A stretch of 64,000 nucleotides of DNA from Lachnospiraceae bacterium (GCA_022776305.1 JALFIB010000216.1:12-64011), one strand, 5' to 3'; shown: positions 39,571 to 49,963, counted from the stretch's first letter. Notes: generated by a model from the sequence alone, not told the origin. Made by a program: numbers and translations.

Positions 39571-39610
39571 AAAAAGAGCTTTCTTTTGAAAAAAAGGAGC
39601 TCTTTTTTAA
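39571..39610 (+). terminator. Intrinsic terminator after GSIII
   Basis: AAAAAAGAGCTTTCTTTT...AAAAGGAGCTCTTTTTT. Confidence 0.7.
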
Positions 39611-39786
39611 ATTATCTTTTTTGTTTTAGTGCATAATCCACAATTATGATTGATTTTTTTGGGCAACTATATTAAAATAATACCAGTTAGTTTATTTTGC
39701 AAAAAAATGTATTGTCTGGGGAAATTTATGTGCGGCTCAGGTCATGCTGAGTGTAAAAATCGGAGAAGGTAAAGGAGGATGTACGA

Positions 39787-40875
39787 GTGATATCGAATCA
39801 GGTTTTACAGACAACGTTAGACGGATTAAAGGCAATCAGCAGAGTAGATCTGTGTGTCCTTGATACAGAGGGGATCATGCTGGCGACTACCTTTCAGGAA
39901 GCAGAGAATTTCCGTGATTCTGTGCTAAGCTTTGTGAATTCACCGGCAGACAGCCAGGTAGTATCGGGATGCCAGTTTTTTAAAGTATTTGATGAACACC
40001 AGCTGGAGTATATCCTGCTGGCAAACGGCAACAGCGATGATGTCCACATGGTAGGCAGGATGGCAGCATTCCAGATCCAGAACCTTTTAGTGGCATATAA
40101 GGAGCGGTTTGATAAAGACAACTTTATCAAGAACCTTCTTCTTGACAACCTGCTTCTTGTAGATATTTACAACCGTGCGAAAAAGCTTCACATTGATACA
40201 GAGGCGCATCGCGTTGTATTTATTCTTGAGATCAATAATGAAAAAGAAAACAGCTCTCTTGAGACAGTCCGCGCCCTGTTCAGCTCCAGGTCCGGTGATT
40301 TTATTACGGCGGTAGACGAAAAGAGCATTATCGTAGTAAAAGAGCTTTCTGCACAGGACGGATATGCCGAGATGGATAAAATCGCCGAGATGATCCTGTC
40401 CTCTTTGGGAGAGGAGAAACGCAAAGAAGCTTTGATCGCATACGGCACCATTGTTGGTGAGATCAAAGAGGTATCACGTTCCTATAAAGAGGCACGTATG
40501 GCGCTGAATGTAGGCAAGATCTTTTTCGCAGAGCGTTCTATTATCGCCTACGGTTCCCTCGGTATCGGCCGCTTGATCTACCAGCTCCCGATCCCTCTTT
40601 GCAAAATGTTCATCAAGGAGATTTTTGAGGGTAAATCCCCGGATGATTTTGATGAAGAGACCTTGACAACCATCAACAAGTTTTTCGAAAACAGCCTGAA
40701 TGTATCAGAGACATCGAGACAGTTGTATATCCACAGGAATACGCTGGTATACCGTCTTGATAAGCTTCAGAAATCAACGGGGCTTGACCTGCGTGTCTTT
40801 GAGGACGCAATCACCTTTAAGATTGCTCTGATGGTCGTGAAATATATGAAGTATATGGAAAACCAGGAGTATTGA
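39787..40875 (+). CDS. CdaR/PucR family transcriptional regulator
   Basis: C-terminal HTH LNVSETSRQLYIHRNTLVYRL; GTG start with RBS GGAGG. Confidence 0.9.
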   Translation: MISNQVLQTTLDGLKAISRVDLCVLDTEGIMLATTFQEAENFRDSVLSFVNSPADSQVVSGCQFFKVFDEHQLEYILLANGNSDDVHMVGRMAAFQIQNLLVAYKERFDKDNFIKNLLLDNLLLVDIYNRAKKLHIDTEAHRVVFILEINNEKENSSLETVRALFSSRSGDFITAVDEKSIIVVKELSAQDGYAEMDKIAEMILSSLGEEKRKEALIAYGTIVGEIKEVSRSYKEARMALNVGKIFFAERSIIAYGSLGIGRLIYQLPIPLCKMFIKEIFEGKSPDDFDEETLTTINKFFENSLNVSETSRQLYIHRNTLVYRLDKLQKSTGLDLRVFEDAITFKIALMVVKYMKYMENQEY

Positions 40876-40894
40876 TTCAGTAAGGATTCATGAC

Positions 40895-40925
40895 TGGCGG
40901 CCTTTGCAGGCCGCCATAAATTTTT
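40895..40925 (+). terminator. Possible intrinsic terminator
   Basis: TGGCGGCCT-TTGC-AGGCCGCCA then TAAATTTTT. Confidence 0.5.
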
Positions 40926-40999
40926 CGACGGACAGCAGGGCCGATTATAATAACCCGGAAAAGGGAAAGATAAAGTAATAATTGTTAGGAGGCACATAG

Positions 41000-42331
41000 A
41001 TGGCTTGTTTGCCTGAGACGGGACAGGATGAGAAGAAAATGGGGGAAACAGCGGCAGAACGTGGATCATGGCGCCGGTTTGGGGCAGGATTTTTTACAGG
41101 AGTACTGACGGCGTTGGTCTGCATTTTTGTTTTTATGGCAGGATGGCTTTATGCCCAGAAAAGTGTGCAAAAAAGTGAGCAGGAAAAAGAGTCAGAAGAT
41201 GTGGGGGCGTCTGTGCTGACAGAGTCAGAGACGCTGTATAAATTAAATGAGATACAAAGCATTATTGAACAGCATTATTTAAATGAAGTGGACAGTAGTA
41301 ACCTGTCTAATTATCTCTTTAAGGGAGCTGTGGCAGGGCTGGATGATCCTTATGCCGATTACTATTCCGCAGAAGAACTGCAGTCTGTTCTCGACTCATC
41401 CAGAGGAGAGTACATCGGGATCGGTGCGACCCTCTCAGAGGATATCAGGACGAAGGAAATCCGTGTACTGGAGGTATACGATGGCGGAACCGCAAAAGAA
41501 GCGGGATTAAAGCCCGGTGACCAGCTCCTTGCTTTGGAGGACACAGCCTTTGAAGGCTGCGGCCTTTCCGAAGTAGTATCCCTGATCAAATCCCGGGATG
41601 GCCCTTTTACCCTTACTGTCTATCGTCCGGAGACAGAGGAAGAGCTCCAGCTTGAGATGGAGTGCAGGGAGATCCATCTGGAGTACGTACAGTATGAGAT
41701 GCTGGAGGGAAAGATAGGCTATATCCGCTTGTCAGAATTTACGAAGACATCGGTAGAGCAGTTTCAAAATGCCGCGAAAGAGCTGAAAAGGCAAGGGATG
41801 GAGAAACTGGTGGTGGATCTGAGAAATAACCCCGGCGGGCTTCTGGATGTGGTCTGTGATATTTTAGACGAGATTCTTCCGAAAGGTGTGATCGTCTACA
41901 CAGAAGACAGAGACGGAAACCGGAAAGAATATAAATCAGACGTAAAACGTTCTATTACCTGTGAGGTGGCCGTTCTGGTCAACGGAAATTCTGCAAGTGC
42001 TTCGGAGATCTTTGCAGGAGCCATTCAGGATTATGAGATCGGACCTGTGGTTGGCACACAGACTTACGGGAAAGGTGTAGTCCAGAAGACGTATACCCTT
42101 TCAGATGGTTCTGCTTTAAAGCTGACCACCGAAAAATATTATACCCCGAAAGGGCAGGACATTGACGGAAACGGGATCACGCCGGATATCGTAGTGGAAG
42201 AACAGGATATAGATTCCGGGCAGATAGAAGAAAAGAGTACGGATCAGGAAAAGGAATCTGGGGAAGAAACCAATCAGGATGAAGAAAAGGACGAAGTCCT
42301 GGAAAAAGCCTTGGAGGTGCTGCAGGAGTAA
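41000..42331 (+). CDS. S41 family C-terminal processing peptidase (CtpA-like) with PDZ domain
   Basis: N-terminal TM, LDDPY, GIG, DLRNNPGG, SASASE, TYGKG, GITPD. Confidence 0.92.
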   Translation: MACLPETGQDEKKMGETAAERGSWRRFGAGFFTGVLTALVCIFVFMAGWLYAQKSVQKSEQEKESEDVGASVLTESETLYKLNEIQSIIEQHYLNEVDSSNLSNYLFKGAVAGLDDPYADYYSAEELQSVLDSSRGEYIGIGATLSEDIRTKEIRVLEVYDGGTAKEAGLKPGDQLLALEDTAFEGCGLSEVVSLIKSRDGPFTLTVYRPETEEELQLEMECREIHLEYVQYEMLEGKIGYIRLSEFTKTSVEQFQNAAKELKRQGMEKLVVDLRNNPGGLLDVVCDILDEILPKGVIVYTEDRDGNRKEYKSDVKRSITCEVAVLVNGNSASASEIFAGAIQDYEIGPVVGTQTYGKGVVQKTYTLSDGSALKLTTEKYYTPKGQDIDGNGITPDIVVEEQDIDSGQIEEKSTDQEKESGEETNQDEEKDEVLEKALEVLQE

Positions 42332-42377
42332 GATTCTGCCTACGAAACCTGAACCGGTAAAAACATTAGGAGAAATT

Positions 42378-43121
42378 ATGGATAATAAGATTATATTTCG
42401 GGAAATGCTAAGTGAGATCAAGAAAGCGGCAAATGAGACAGGTGATGTGATCACGCAGGATAAGATCAAGGAGATCCTTGCGGGGATTCCTTTGGAGGAG
42501 GAACATTTCAAGCTGATCTACAATTATCTGTCGGAGCAGAATATCCGTGTGGTGGATTCCTTAGAAGAATTGGAAGAGCAGCCGCAGGAGGATGGAGGAA
42601 GTCTGGCCCTTTATCTTGATGAGCTGATGAGTCTGGAACGTGAAGTGACCGAAGATGAAAGGGAACTGATGCTGCAAGCTATGGAACAGGAGGCTGGGGC
42701 AAAGGAGCGTTTGATCGAGAGCTACTTGCCCCTGATCTGTGAGATGGCAAGCGGCTATGAGGGCGATGATGTGCTGGCGGAGGACCTGATCCAAGAGGGA
42801 AACCTTGGTCTTTTGATGGCGATAGAATCCCTTGGACAGCTGAAAAACGAAAGCCCCGCAGCCTGTCGTGCCCATATTATCAACAGTATCAATGAAGCCA
42901 TGGAGCAGATGATCGACAGCAGCCGGAAAACGAAAAAGATGGATGAAGGAATTGTCAGCCGCGTCAGCCATTTAGACGAAGCAATCCGAAATTTGGAAAG
43001 GGATCTGGAACATAAAGTGTCTGCGGAAGAACTATCCGCGTATTTGGAGATGCCTCTGGAAGAGATCAAAGACGTCCTGAGGATGGCCGGAGACCAGATT
43101 GAACTTGAAAAAGACCAGTGA
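42378..43121 (+). CDS. Truncated sigma-70-like protein (regions 1.1, 1.2, 2.1-2.2, 3; no region 4)
   Basis: [45 protein letters not shown]; RBS AGGAG. Confidence 0.8.
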   Translation: MDNKIIFREMLSEIKKAANETGDVITQDKIKEILAGIPLEEEHFKLIYNYLSEQNIRVVDSLEELEEQPQEDGGSLALYLDELMSLEREVTEDERELMLQAMEQEAGAKERLIESYLPLICEMASGYEGDDVLAEDLIQEGNLGLLMAIESLGQLKNESPAACRAHIINSINEAMEQMIDSSRKTKKMDEGIVSRVSHLDEAIRNLERDLEHKVSAEELSAYLEMPLEEIKDVLRMAGDQIELEKDQ

Positions 43122-43142
43122 TGTGATTCGGAGGAACAGCTT

Positions 43143-44579
43143 ATGAAAAAAACAAAGATTATTTGTACCATGGGACCAAATGCAGATGACCGTGAGGTGC
43201 TGAAAGCACTGGTGGAAAACGGAATGGATATTGCCAGGTTTAATTTTTCCCATGGAGACCATGAAGAGCAGAAAAAGCGCTTTGACCTGTTAAAAAGCGT
43301 CCGGGAGGAAATGAAAAAGCCCATAGCTATTTTGCTGGATACGAAAGGGCCGGAGATCCGCACCGGGGTCTTGAAGGACGGACAGAAAGTGAAGCTGGAG
43401 GAAGGTGCTGAGTTTGTCCTCACAGCCCGGGAGGTCATCGGGGATGAGAAGATGGTCAGCCAGACGTATCCCCAGCTGGCAAAGGATGTAAAACCGGGAG
43501 ATACTATCTTGATCGATGACGGCCTGATCGCACTGAAGGTAAAAGAAATCAGGGAAAATGATATAGCCTGCACGGTTGAAAACGGCGGGGAGCTGGGACA
43601 GCGCAAGGGGATCAATGTCCCCAATGTACGAGTAAACCTTCCGGGGATTACCCCAAAAGACCGTGAAGATATTATCTTCGGAATTGAGCAGGGGATTGAT
43701 TTTATTGCCGCATCTTTTGTGCGGGATGCGGAGGCTATCAAGGAGATCAAGGGTATTTTGAAGGAATACGGCGCAGAGCATGTGGATGTGATCGCGAAGA
43801 TCGAAAATGGGGAAGGCATCCAGAATATCGACAAGATCATCAATGCCGCTGACGGGATCATGGTGGCCCGGGGGGATATGGGTGTGGAAATACCGGCCTA
43901 TGAAGTGCCCCACGTACAAAAGATGATCGTGGATAAGTGCAATAGGAAATATAAACCGGTTATCATTGCCACTCAGATGTTGGATTCCATGATCCGTAAC
44001 CCGAGGCCCACAAGGGCAGAGGTGACAGACGTTGCCAATGCCATCCGTGAAGGTGCGGATGCCATTATGCTTTCCGGCGAGACCGCCATGGGTAAGTACC
44101 CTGTGGAAGCACTGAGGATGATGGCCAAGATTGCAGAGACTACGGAACAGTATCTGGATTACCAGTCTATGCCGGAATACCATTCCCTGAGAGGAGACGC
44201 CAATGTTTCCAGTGCAGTGGGGGTAGCTGCAGTGCGCACCGCTACGAATATTCAGGCAAAATGTATCGTAACGCCCACCATGTCCGGCCAGACGGCCCGG
44301 ACTATGTCTAATTTCCGTTCCAGGATCCCTATCTATGCCGTAACGCCTAATGACTGGGCACAGCGGAAAATGCAGATCTATTGGGGTGTCACTCCGCTGA
44401 AAGGGTATACGGAGGACACGACGGAGCACATCATTTCCCATGCCATGTATGTGGTGAAGAGGGAAGGATATGTAGAGGAAGGCGACATGGTGGTATTTAC
44501 GGCAGGCGACCCGGCTACCAATATTGTCAAGGGAAAAGGCGCCGTGACAAATATGATGCATGTGATCCAGGCGAAATAA
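43143..44579 (+). CDS. pyk: Pyruvate kinase
   Basis: KTKIICTMGP, RFNFSHG, DTKGPEIRT, MVARGD, ATQMLDSM, PTRAE. Confidence 0.97.
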   Translation: MKKTKIICTMGPNADDREVLKALVENGMDIARFNFSHGDHEEQKKRFDLLKSVREEMKKPIAILLDTKGPEIRTGVLKDGQKVKLEEGAEFVLTAREVIGDEKMVSQTYPQLAKDVKPGDTILIDDGLIALKVKEIRENDIACTVENGGELGQRKGINVPNVRVNLPGITPKDREDIIFGIEQGIDFIAASFVRDAEAIKEIKGILKEYGAEHVDVIAKIENGEGIQNIDKIINAADGIMVARGDMGVEIPAYEVPHVQKMIVDKCNRKYKPVIIATQMLDSMIRNPRPTRAEVTDVANAIREGADAIMLSGETAMGKYPVEALRMMAKIAETTEQYLDYQSMPEYHSLRGDANVSSAVGVAAVRTATNIQAKCIVTPTMSGQTARTMSNFRSRIPIYAVTPNDWAQRKMQIYWGVTPLKGYTEDTTEHIISHAMYVVKREGYVEEGDMVVFTAGDPATNIVKGKGAVTNMMHVIQAK

Positions 44580-44758
44580 GAAAATCTTAATAAATTTTTG
44601 ACATGATTTTAAACAGCTCCTGCTAAACTGAACGTATGAATAACAGCGTTTGGGACAGGGGCTGTTGCAGGCTTAGAAGGGTCTGGAGGGACTGTGCAGG
44701 GTGAGCATGCAGCCATGGCCCTGCAAGGCCGGGATTGCCCGGAAGAAAGGAGCGTATC

Positions 44759-45460
44759 GTGACATATAATATTTTAGTGTGTGATGATGATAAAGAGATC
44801 GTGGATGCCATAGAGATCTATCTGGTTCAGGAAGGCTTCCATGTTTTAAAAGCATATGACGGTGAGCAGGCGTTAGAGATATTAAAAAAAGAAGAAGTAC
44901 ATCTGTTGATACTGGATCTTATGATGCCGAAATTAGACGGTATCCATGCCATGATGAAGATACGTGAGGACAGCAGCATTCCTATTATTGTCCTGTCAGC
45001 GAAAACTCAGGATACAGACAAGATTTTAGGATTAAATCTTGGCGCTGACGACTACGTGGCCAAGCCGTTCAATCCATTGGAGCTGATCGCCAGGGTAAAA
45101 TCCCAGATACGCCGTTATACGAATTTCGGTTCTGCCGGGGAAGCACAAAATCCGGAAAAGGTCTATTCCACAGGCGGGCTTGTGATCAATGATGACCGGA
45201 AAGAGGTCACAGTTGACGGCGAACCGGTGAAGCTTACTAGGATCGAGTACAACATCCTTTTGTTCTTGGTACAAAACAAAGGAAAGGTATTTTCCATCGA
45301 CCAGATCTATGAGCAGATCTGGCAGGAGGAAGCTTTTGGTGCCGACAATACGGTCACCGTACATATCAGGCATATCCGTGAAAAGATCGAGATAGACCCG
45401 AAAAACCCGAAATACCTGAAAGTGATCTGGGGAATCGGCTACAAAGTAGAAAACCTGTAA
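44759..45460 (+). CDS. OmpR-family response regulator
   Basis: VCDDD, LDLMMP, GADDYVAKPF, winged helix VHIRHIREKIE; GTG start after AAGGAG. Confidence 0.92.
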   Translation: MTYNILVCDDDKEIVDAIEIYLVQEGFHVLKAYDGEQALEILKKEEVHLLILDLMMPKLDGIHAMMKIREDSSIPIIVLSAKTQDTDKILGLNLGADDYVAKPFNPLELIARVKSQIRRYTNFGSAGEAQNPEKVYSTGGLVINDDRKEVTVDGEPVKLTRIEYNILLFLVQNKGKVFSIDQIYEQIWQEEAFGADNTVTVHIRHIREKIEIDPKNPKYLKVIWGIGYKVENL

Positions 45461-45482
45461 AGGTTTAGGCAGGGGGGAGACT

Positions 45483-47822
45483 GTGGGAAAGCTGATTTAT
45501 AAGAAAAGTAGCAAGATTGTTCTGCAGATACTGCAGGTCGTGGCAGCCGGGATATTGGTGTATTGCCTGTTGAATATCGGCTTTTGGATGGAAGATAACT
45601 ACAGTTTGCGTGAGATGGCCCGCAGTTATGAAGAGACAGATCTCTATTTCAAACAGGTGGACCAGATCATTGAAAACAAGATCCATGGCAAAGACAACAG
45701 CAAACTGTTTGAGACGGATGGGGAGTTTGATAAAGAAAAGGAGATCGATATCCAAAGCTACGGGACAAAAAGCAGTTCTGTTCAGGATATGAATACAACG
45801 TATCTGTTGGGAGATATCCTGCGTTTTTCCGAGAACGGAGGAAGAAAAGAGCTGCATACGGCCATTCAGGATGCCCTTGATGTGCAGACTGCGACAGGCC
45901 GTGAAGCAGGCGAGATCCTCGATGAGCAGTCAGATTCGTTGGAGACTATACTTCCTGTGACCGGGATCTCCCTTTCAGAATGCTCCAGATGGTATTCCAA
46001 TCCTTCAGATTTTGTGTTGGAGATGTACCAGAAGCTGGACCGTGTGGCGGAAGACATTTATGACAGCTATCTGGAGTATACCACGCGGCAGTCGGAGAGC
46101 TGGCTGGAGGGAGCCCCTAGCAACCTGCGCTACTGCATTGAAAATACTATGACAGGGGAGATCTATACAAATACCGGAGAAAAGGATTATGCCTCTGCGG
46201 TGGAAGCCATCAAGGGAGATCCGGAGTTTACAAGCCTTTACGAGGGGGAGCGGAGCTTCAATATTATGGTGACAAACCCTGAAAATGTACTGAATCAGGA
46301 AGCTGCCAGATGGTTTATGAATGAGAGGTTTGTAAATACAAACGAGAAAGTCTATCTGGCTGTGGATACTGCATATCCTGTAAACGATGAATTAAAAACG
46401 TACTCTGAGATATTTGCCAAGAGGGAAAGCATAGTGGGAGCTTCTCTGGCCGGTATCATTGTCTGTGCCCTCTTCCTTGTGGCAGGCTTCGTACTGCTGG
46501 CTATGGGAGCCGGATGGAGGGAAGGACGGTGTACTCCGGAGGGCATCAAGATCGACCGTGTTCCCACGGAACTGGCAGTGGCACTGTATTTGACCATCGA
46601 AGTGCTTTTCCTGCTGCTTTTCACAAAGTTTGCCACGGTGCCGGAAAATATAGCTGCCACAGAAAGGGGCTTCCTCTCAATGGCAGCCGCGGCGGCTTAC
46701 TGGGTGTTCTTAAATGGGTGCCTAAGTTTCGTTCGAAGGATCAGGACAAAAACGCTCTGGTCCAACAGTATCTGCCTGATGCTCATCAGGACTTGGCGCC
46801 ATGTCACCTCTGCCCGTGCGGCATCGGGACAGTTCTTGTTTTTCTATATTATTTTTGTAATCCTGAATTTCGTTTTTCTGATCCTTGGGAATATTGGGAT
46901 TTTTTTGATGCTTGTTATGGATCTGGTGGTGCTTCTGTACCTGCTTCGGGATATGGCGGGGAAACAAAGCGTATACGAGGGGATCCACCAGATCTCAAAG
47001 GGGGATCTGGACTATAAGATTGATACTCAGGCTCTTCAAGGAGAGCCCTATGAAATGGCCAAGGCAGTGAATGAGATGGGAGACGGGCTGAAAGAGGCGG
47101 TGGATGCCATTGTAAAAAATGAGCGCCTGAAGGCAGAACTCATCACAAACGTTTCCCATGACATCAAAACCCCGCTTACTTCTATTATCAATTATGTGGA
47201 TCTGCTCAAAAGAGAGAACCTGCAAGGAGAACGTGTACAGCATTATATACAGGTGCTGGAACAAAAATCAAACCGGCTGAAGCAGTTGACGGAAGATCTG
47301 GTGGAGGCCAGCAAGATCAGCTCCGGAAATATTGAGCTGCAGATGATGCGGCTGCAGTTCCAGAGCATCCTCCAGCAGGCATACGGTGAATTTGAAGAAA
47401 GGCTTAAGGAGCGCAGCCTAATACCAGTCTGGGAAGTGGAAAAAGAGCCGATCTGTATTGTGGCAGATGGGCGTCAATTGTGGAGGATATTGGAAAACTT
47501 ACTGGGAAACATTTATAAATATGCAATGGAGGGTACAAGGGTATACTTTGAACTGTACAGGGAGGACCGTACCGCGTACCTGACCCTGCAAAACACATCA
47601 AAGGAGACATTGAGCGTTGACGGCAGCGAGCTGACCGGAAGGTTTGTCCGGGGAGATAAGAGCAGGACCACAGAGGGCAGCGGGTTGGGGCTCTCCATCG
47701 CCCAGAACCTTGTGCAGATCCAAAACGGGACCTTTGAGGTAAAAACAGAAGGAGATCAGTTTAAAGCAGTTATTACCTTTCCGGTTGCAGTGGATGAGGA
47801 AGATTCGTTTAGCAAAAGTTAA
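45483..47822 (+). CDS. Membrane sensor histidine kinase
   Basis: NVSHDIKTPLT (H box), ENLLGNIYKY (N box), GSGLGL; large extracellular domain and several TM helices. Confidence 0.92.
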   Translation: MGKLIYKKSSKIVLQILQVVAAGILVYCLLNIGFWMEDNYSLREMARSYEETDLYFKQVDQIIENKIHGKDNSKLFETDGEFDKEKEIDIQSYGTKSSSVQDMNTTYLLGDILRFSENGGRKELHTAIQDALDVQTATGREAGEILDEQSDSLETILPVTGISLSECSRWYSNPSDFVLEMYQKLDRVAEDIYDSYLEYTTRQSESWLEGAPSNLRYCIENTMTGEIYTNTGEKDYASAVEAIKGDPEFTSLYEGERSFNIMVTNPENVLNQEAARWFMNERFVNTNEKVYLAVDTAYPVNDELKTYSEIFAKRESIVGASLAGIIVCALFLVAGFVLLAMGAGWREGRCTPEGIKIDRVPTELAVALYLTIEVLFLLLFTKFATVPENIAATERGFLSMAAAAAYWVFLNGCLSFVRRIRTKTLWSNSICLMLIRTWRHVTSARAASGQFLFFYIIFVILNFVFLILGNIGIFLMLVMDLVVLLYLLRDMAGKQSVYEGIHQISKGDLDYKIDTQALQGEPYEMAKAVNEMGDGLKEAVDAIVKNERLKAELITNVSHDIKTPLTSIINYVDLLKRENLQGERVQHYIQVLEQKSNRLKQLTEDLVEASKISSGNIELQMMRLQFQSILQQAYGEFEERLKERSLIPVWEVEKEPICIVADGRQLWRILENLLGNIYKYAMEGTRVYFELYREDRTAYLTLQNTSKETLSVDGSELTGRFVRGDKSRTTEGSGLGLSIAQNLVQIQNGTFEVKTEGDQFKAVITFPVAVDEEDSFSKS

Positions 47823-47858
47823 TATATCTAAAATTTCTCTGAATTCCTCGCCTTTCCG

Positions 47859-47887
47859 TTGACATTCCCTTTTTTTGGCAGTAAAGT
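47859..47887 (+). promoter_or_regulatory. Putative sigma-70 promoter of the Zn-ribbon/DUF5685/J-domain operon
   Basis: TTGACA-17 bp-TAAAGT. Confidence 0.65.
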
Positions 47888-47927
47888 TGAAGAAGTTTAA
47901 GAATGAAAAAGAAGGGATGTAAGCTTT

Positions 47928-48323
47928 ATGAAAAAACGGTTTATGGATTTTATGAGCGGCAGGTACGGTACAGATGAATTGTCCAAATTTATGCTTGCCG
48001 TCTGTCTGGTGCTTTTGGTCATCAATATTTTTACCGGAGTACAAGGCGTATACCTGATCGCACTGGTGCTTTTGGGAGTCTGTTATTTCCGGATGTTTTC
48101 CAGAAATTACGTAAAGCGCAGTGAAGAAAACCGGAAGTATCTGGATACGGTGTGGAAGATCAAGAATTGGTTCTTGAAGAAAAAAAACAGGATCATCCAG
48201 AGCAAGGATTTTCATATTTATAAATGCCCTTCCTGCGGACAGAAGATCAGGATCCCCCGCGGCAAAGGGAAAATCTGTATTACATGCCCGAAATGCAGGA
48301 ATCAATTTGAGAAAAAGAGCTGA
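47928..48323 (+). CDS. Two-TM membrane protein with a C-terminal zinc ribbon
   Basis: FMSGRYGTDEL, two hydrophobic helices, CPSC...CPKC. Confidence 0.8.
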   Translation: MKKRFMDFMSGRYGTDELSKFMLAVCLVLLVINIFTGVQGVYLIALVLLGVCYFRMFSRNYVKRSEENRKYLDTVWKIKNWFLKKKNRIIQSKDFHIYKCPSCGQKIRIPRGKGKICITCPKCRNQFEKKS

Positions 48324-48328
48324 GGAAC

Positions 48329-49177
48329 ATGTTTGGATATATCTATGTGAATGAGCAGGAGCTCAAACTGAAAGAATATACAATATATCGGAGTTTTTAT
48401 TGCGGTTTGTGCCATAATTTAAAGCAAAGGTATGGACGAACGGCCCAGATGATGTTAAACTATGACCTGACATTCCTTGCATTGCTTTTAAGTGGGCTTT
48501 ATGAGCCTGATACGGAATCCTTTGAGAAGCGGTGCATTCCCCACCCTGTGAAAAAACACAAAATGGTAGAAAACGAAGCAGTGGATTATGCAGCTGATAT
48601 GTGTGTTCTGGTTTCATACCAAAAGCTGAAGGATGACTGGGAGGATGAGAAAAAGCAGACACGGCGCGCTGCTGCGGCTATGCTTCGGCCAGCATATGAA
48701 AAGGTGGCGGAAAAGTATCCCAGGCAAGTAAAAGCAATAGAAGAAAATATCCGGCTCCTTCACGAGGCGGAGCACCAGAACTGCAAAGACATCGATTACG
48801 TAGCCGGCCTGACAGGAAAGTTTTTAGCGGAACTGTTTGTGTGGAAGGATGATATCTGGCAGGATGAGCTGCGAACCATGGGGTTTTTTATGGGGAAGTA
48901 TATTTACCTGATGGATGCCCTTGAGGATGTGGAGCAAGATAAGAAGAATAAAAACTATAATCTTTTTTCGGAATATGGTCCTGTTTGGGGGACAGAGAAG
49001 GAAAAGGAGATCCATGAGATTTTGGTGGCCATGATGACAGAGGTGTCTCGGTCCTTTGAAAGGCTGCCGATTTTGCAGAATGCAGAAATTATAAGAAATA
49101 TCCTTTATTCCGGTGTCTGGTGTAAATATGTAATGATCAAGGAAAGAAATTCCAAACAGGAAAAGGATAAGAAATAA
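48329..49177 (+). CDS. DUF5685-like protein
   Basis: MFGY start, [29 protein letters not shown]. Confidence 0.8.
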   Translation: MFGYIYVNEQELKLKEYTIYRSFYCGLCHNLKQRYGRTAQMMLNYDLTFLALLLSGLYEPDTESFEKRCIPHPVKKHKMVENEAVDYAADMCVLVSYQKLKDDWEDEKKQTRRAAAAMLRPAYEKVAEKYPRQVKAIEENIRLLHEAEHQNCKDIDYVAGLTGKFLAELFVWKDDIWQDELRTMGFFMGKYIYLMDALEDVEQDKKNKNYNLFSEYGPVWGTEKEKEIHEILVAMMTEVSRSFERLPILQNAEIIRNILYSGVWCKYVMIKERNSKQEKDKK

Positions 49178-49220
49178 CATAAATACAGTTGCCGTATACT
49201 ATACGGCATCGGAGGAGAGT

Positions 49221-49874
49221 ATGAAAAATCCCTATACGGTGTTAGGCGTGCCTGAGAATGCTTCTGAGGAAGAGATAAAAAAGGCATACAGGACACTTAG
49301 CAGAAAATATCATCCGGATGCAAATGTGAATAATCCGAACAAGGCAGAGGCAGAAGAAAAATTTAAAGAGATCCAGCAGGCGTACCAGCAGATCATGCAG
49401 GAGAGAGAGCACGGTACTTCTTATCAGGGAAGCGGTTCCGGAGGATATCAGGGCGGCTACGGCGGATACAGGGGTGCAGGCAGTGCGGGAAGCTCTTCTT
49501 GGTCTGAGGAGGATGTGCGGATGCAGGCTGCTGAGAATTATATCAGGAGCCGCTCTTTCAATGAAGCACTGCATGTTCTCTCGGAGATTCAGGTGCATAA
49601 TGCCAGATGGTATTATTTAAGTGCCATGGCAAATTCAGGTCTGGGCAACAATGTTGTGGCAAAAGAGCATGCCCAGAAGGCAGTTTCCATGGAGCCAAAC
49701 AATATGGTTTACCGGCAACTGCTCCAGCAGATGGAGAGCGGCGGGCAGTGGTACCAGTCCATGGGAGATATGTACGGCAGCCCCATGAGTGGAAGTGGTG
49801 ACTGGTGCATGAAATTATGCCTTCTGAATGCATTCTGCGGATGCTGTTGTGGAAGACCGGTATTTTTCTGTTAG
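49221..49874 (+). CDS. J-domain protein with TPR-like helices and a Cys-rich C-terminus
   Basis: [15 protein letters not shown]-rich linker, [22 protein letters not shown]. Confidence 0.88.
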   Translation: MKNPYTVLGVPENASEEEIKKAYRTLSRKYHPDANVNNPNKAEAEEKFKEIQQAYQQIMQEREHGTSYQGSGSGGYQGGYGGYRGAGSAGSSSWSEEDVRMQAAENYIRSRSFNEALHVLSEIQVHNARWYYLSAMANSGLGNNVVAKEHAQKAVSMEPNNMVYRQLLQQMESGGQWYQSMGDMYGSPMSGSGDWCMKLCLLNAFCGCCCGRPVFFC

Positions 49875-49881
49875 AGAGAGT

Positions 49882-49905
49882 AAGAGGCTTCGGCCTCTTT
49901 TTTTT
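49882..49905 (+). terminator. Intrinsic terminator
   Basis: AAGAGGC-TTCG-GCCTCTT followed by a T run. Confidence 0.85.
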
Positions 49906-49963
49906 CTCTTTTCAAGAACCGAAGAGTGAGTTATAATAAAAAACTATAAGGGAGGAAAAGACC

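Noticed and set aside
42755-44561. Long antisense ORFs (368 aa and 423 aa) opposite pyk
   Set aside because: Shadow frames of well-supported genes, like the many other antisense ORFs in the track
49906-49963. SAM riboswitch or T-box upstream of metY; c-di-AMP riboswitch upstream of trkA
   Set aside because: Both leaders are too short and lack the conserved motifs
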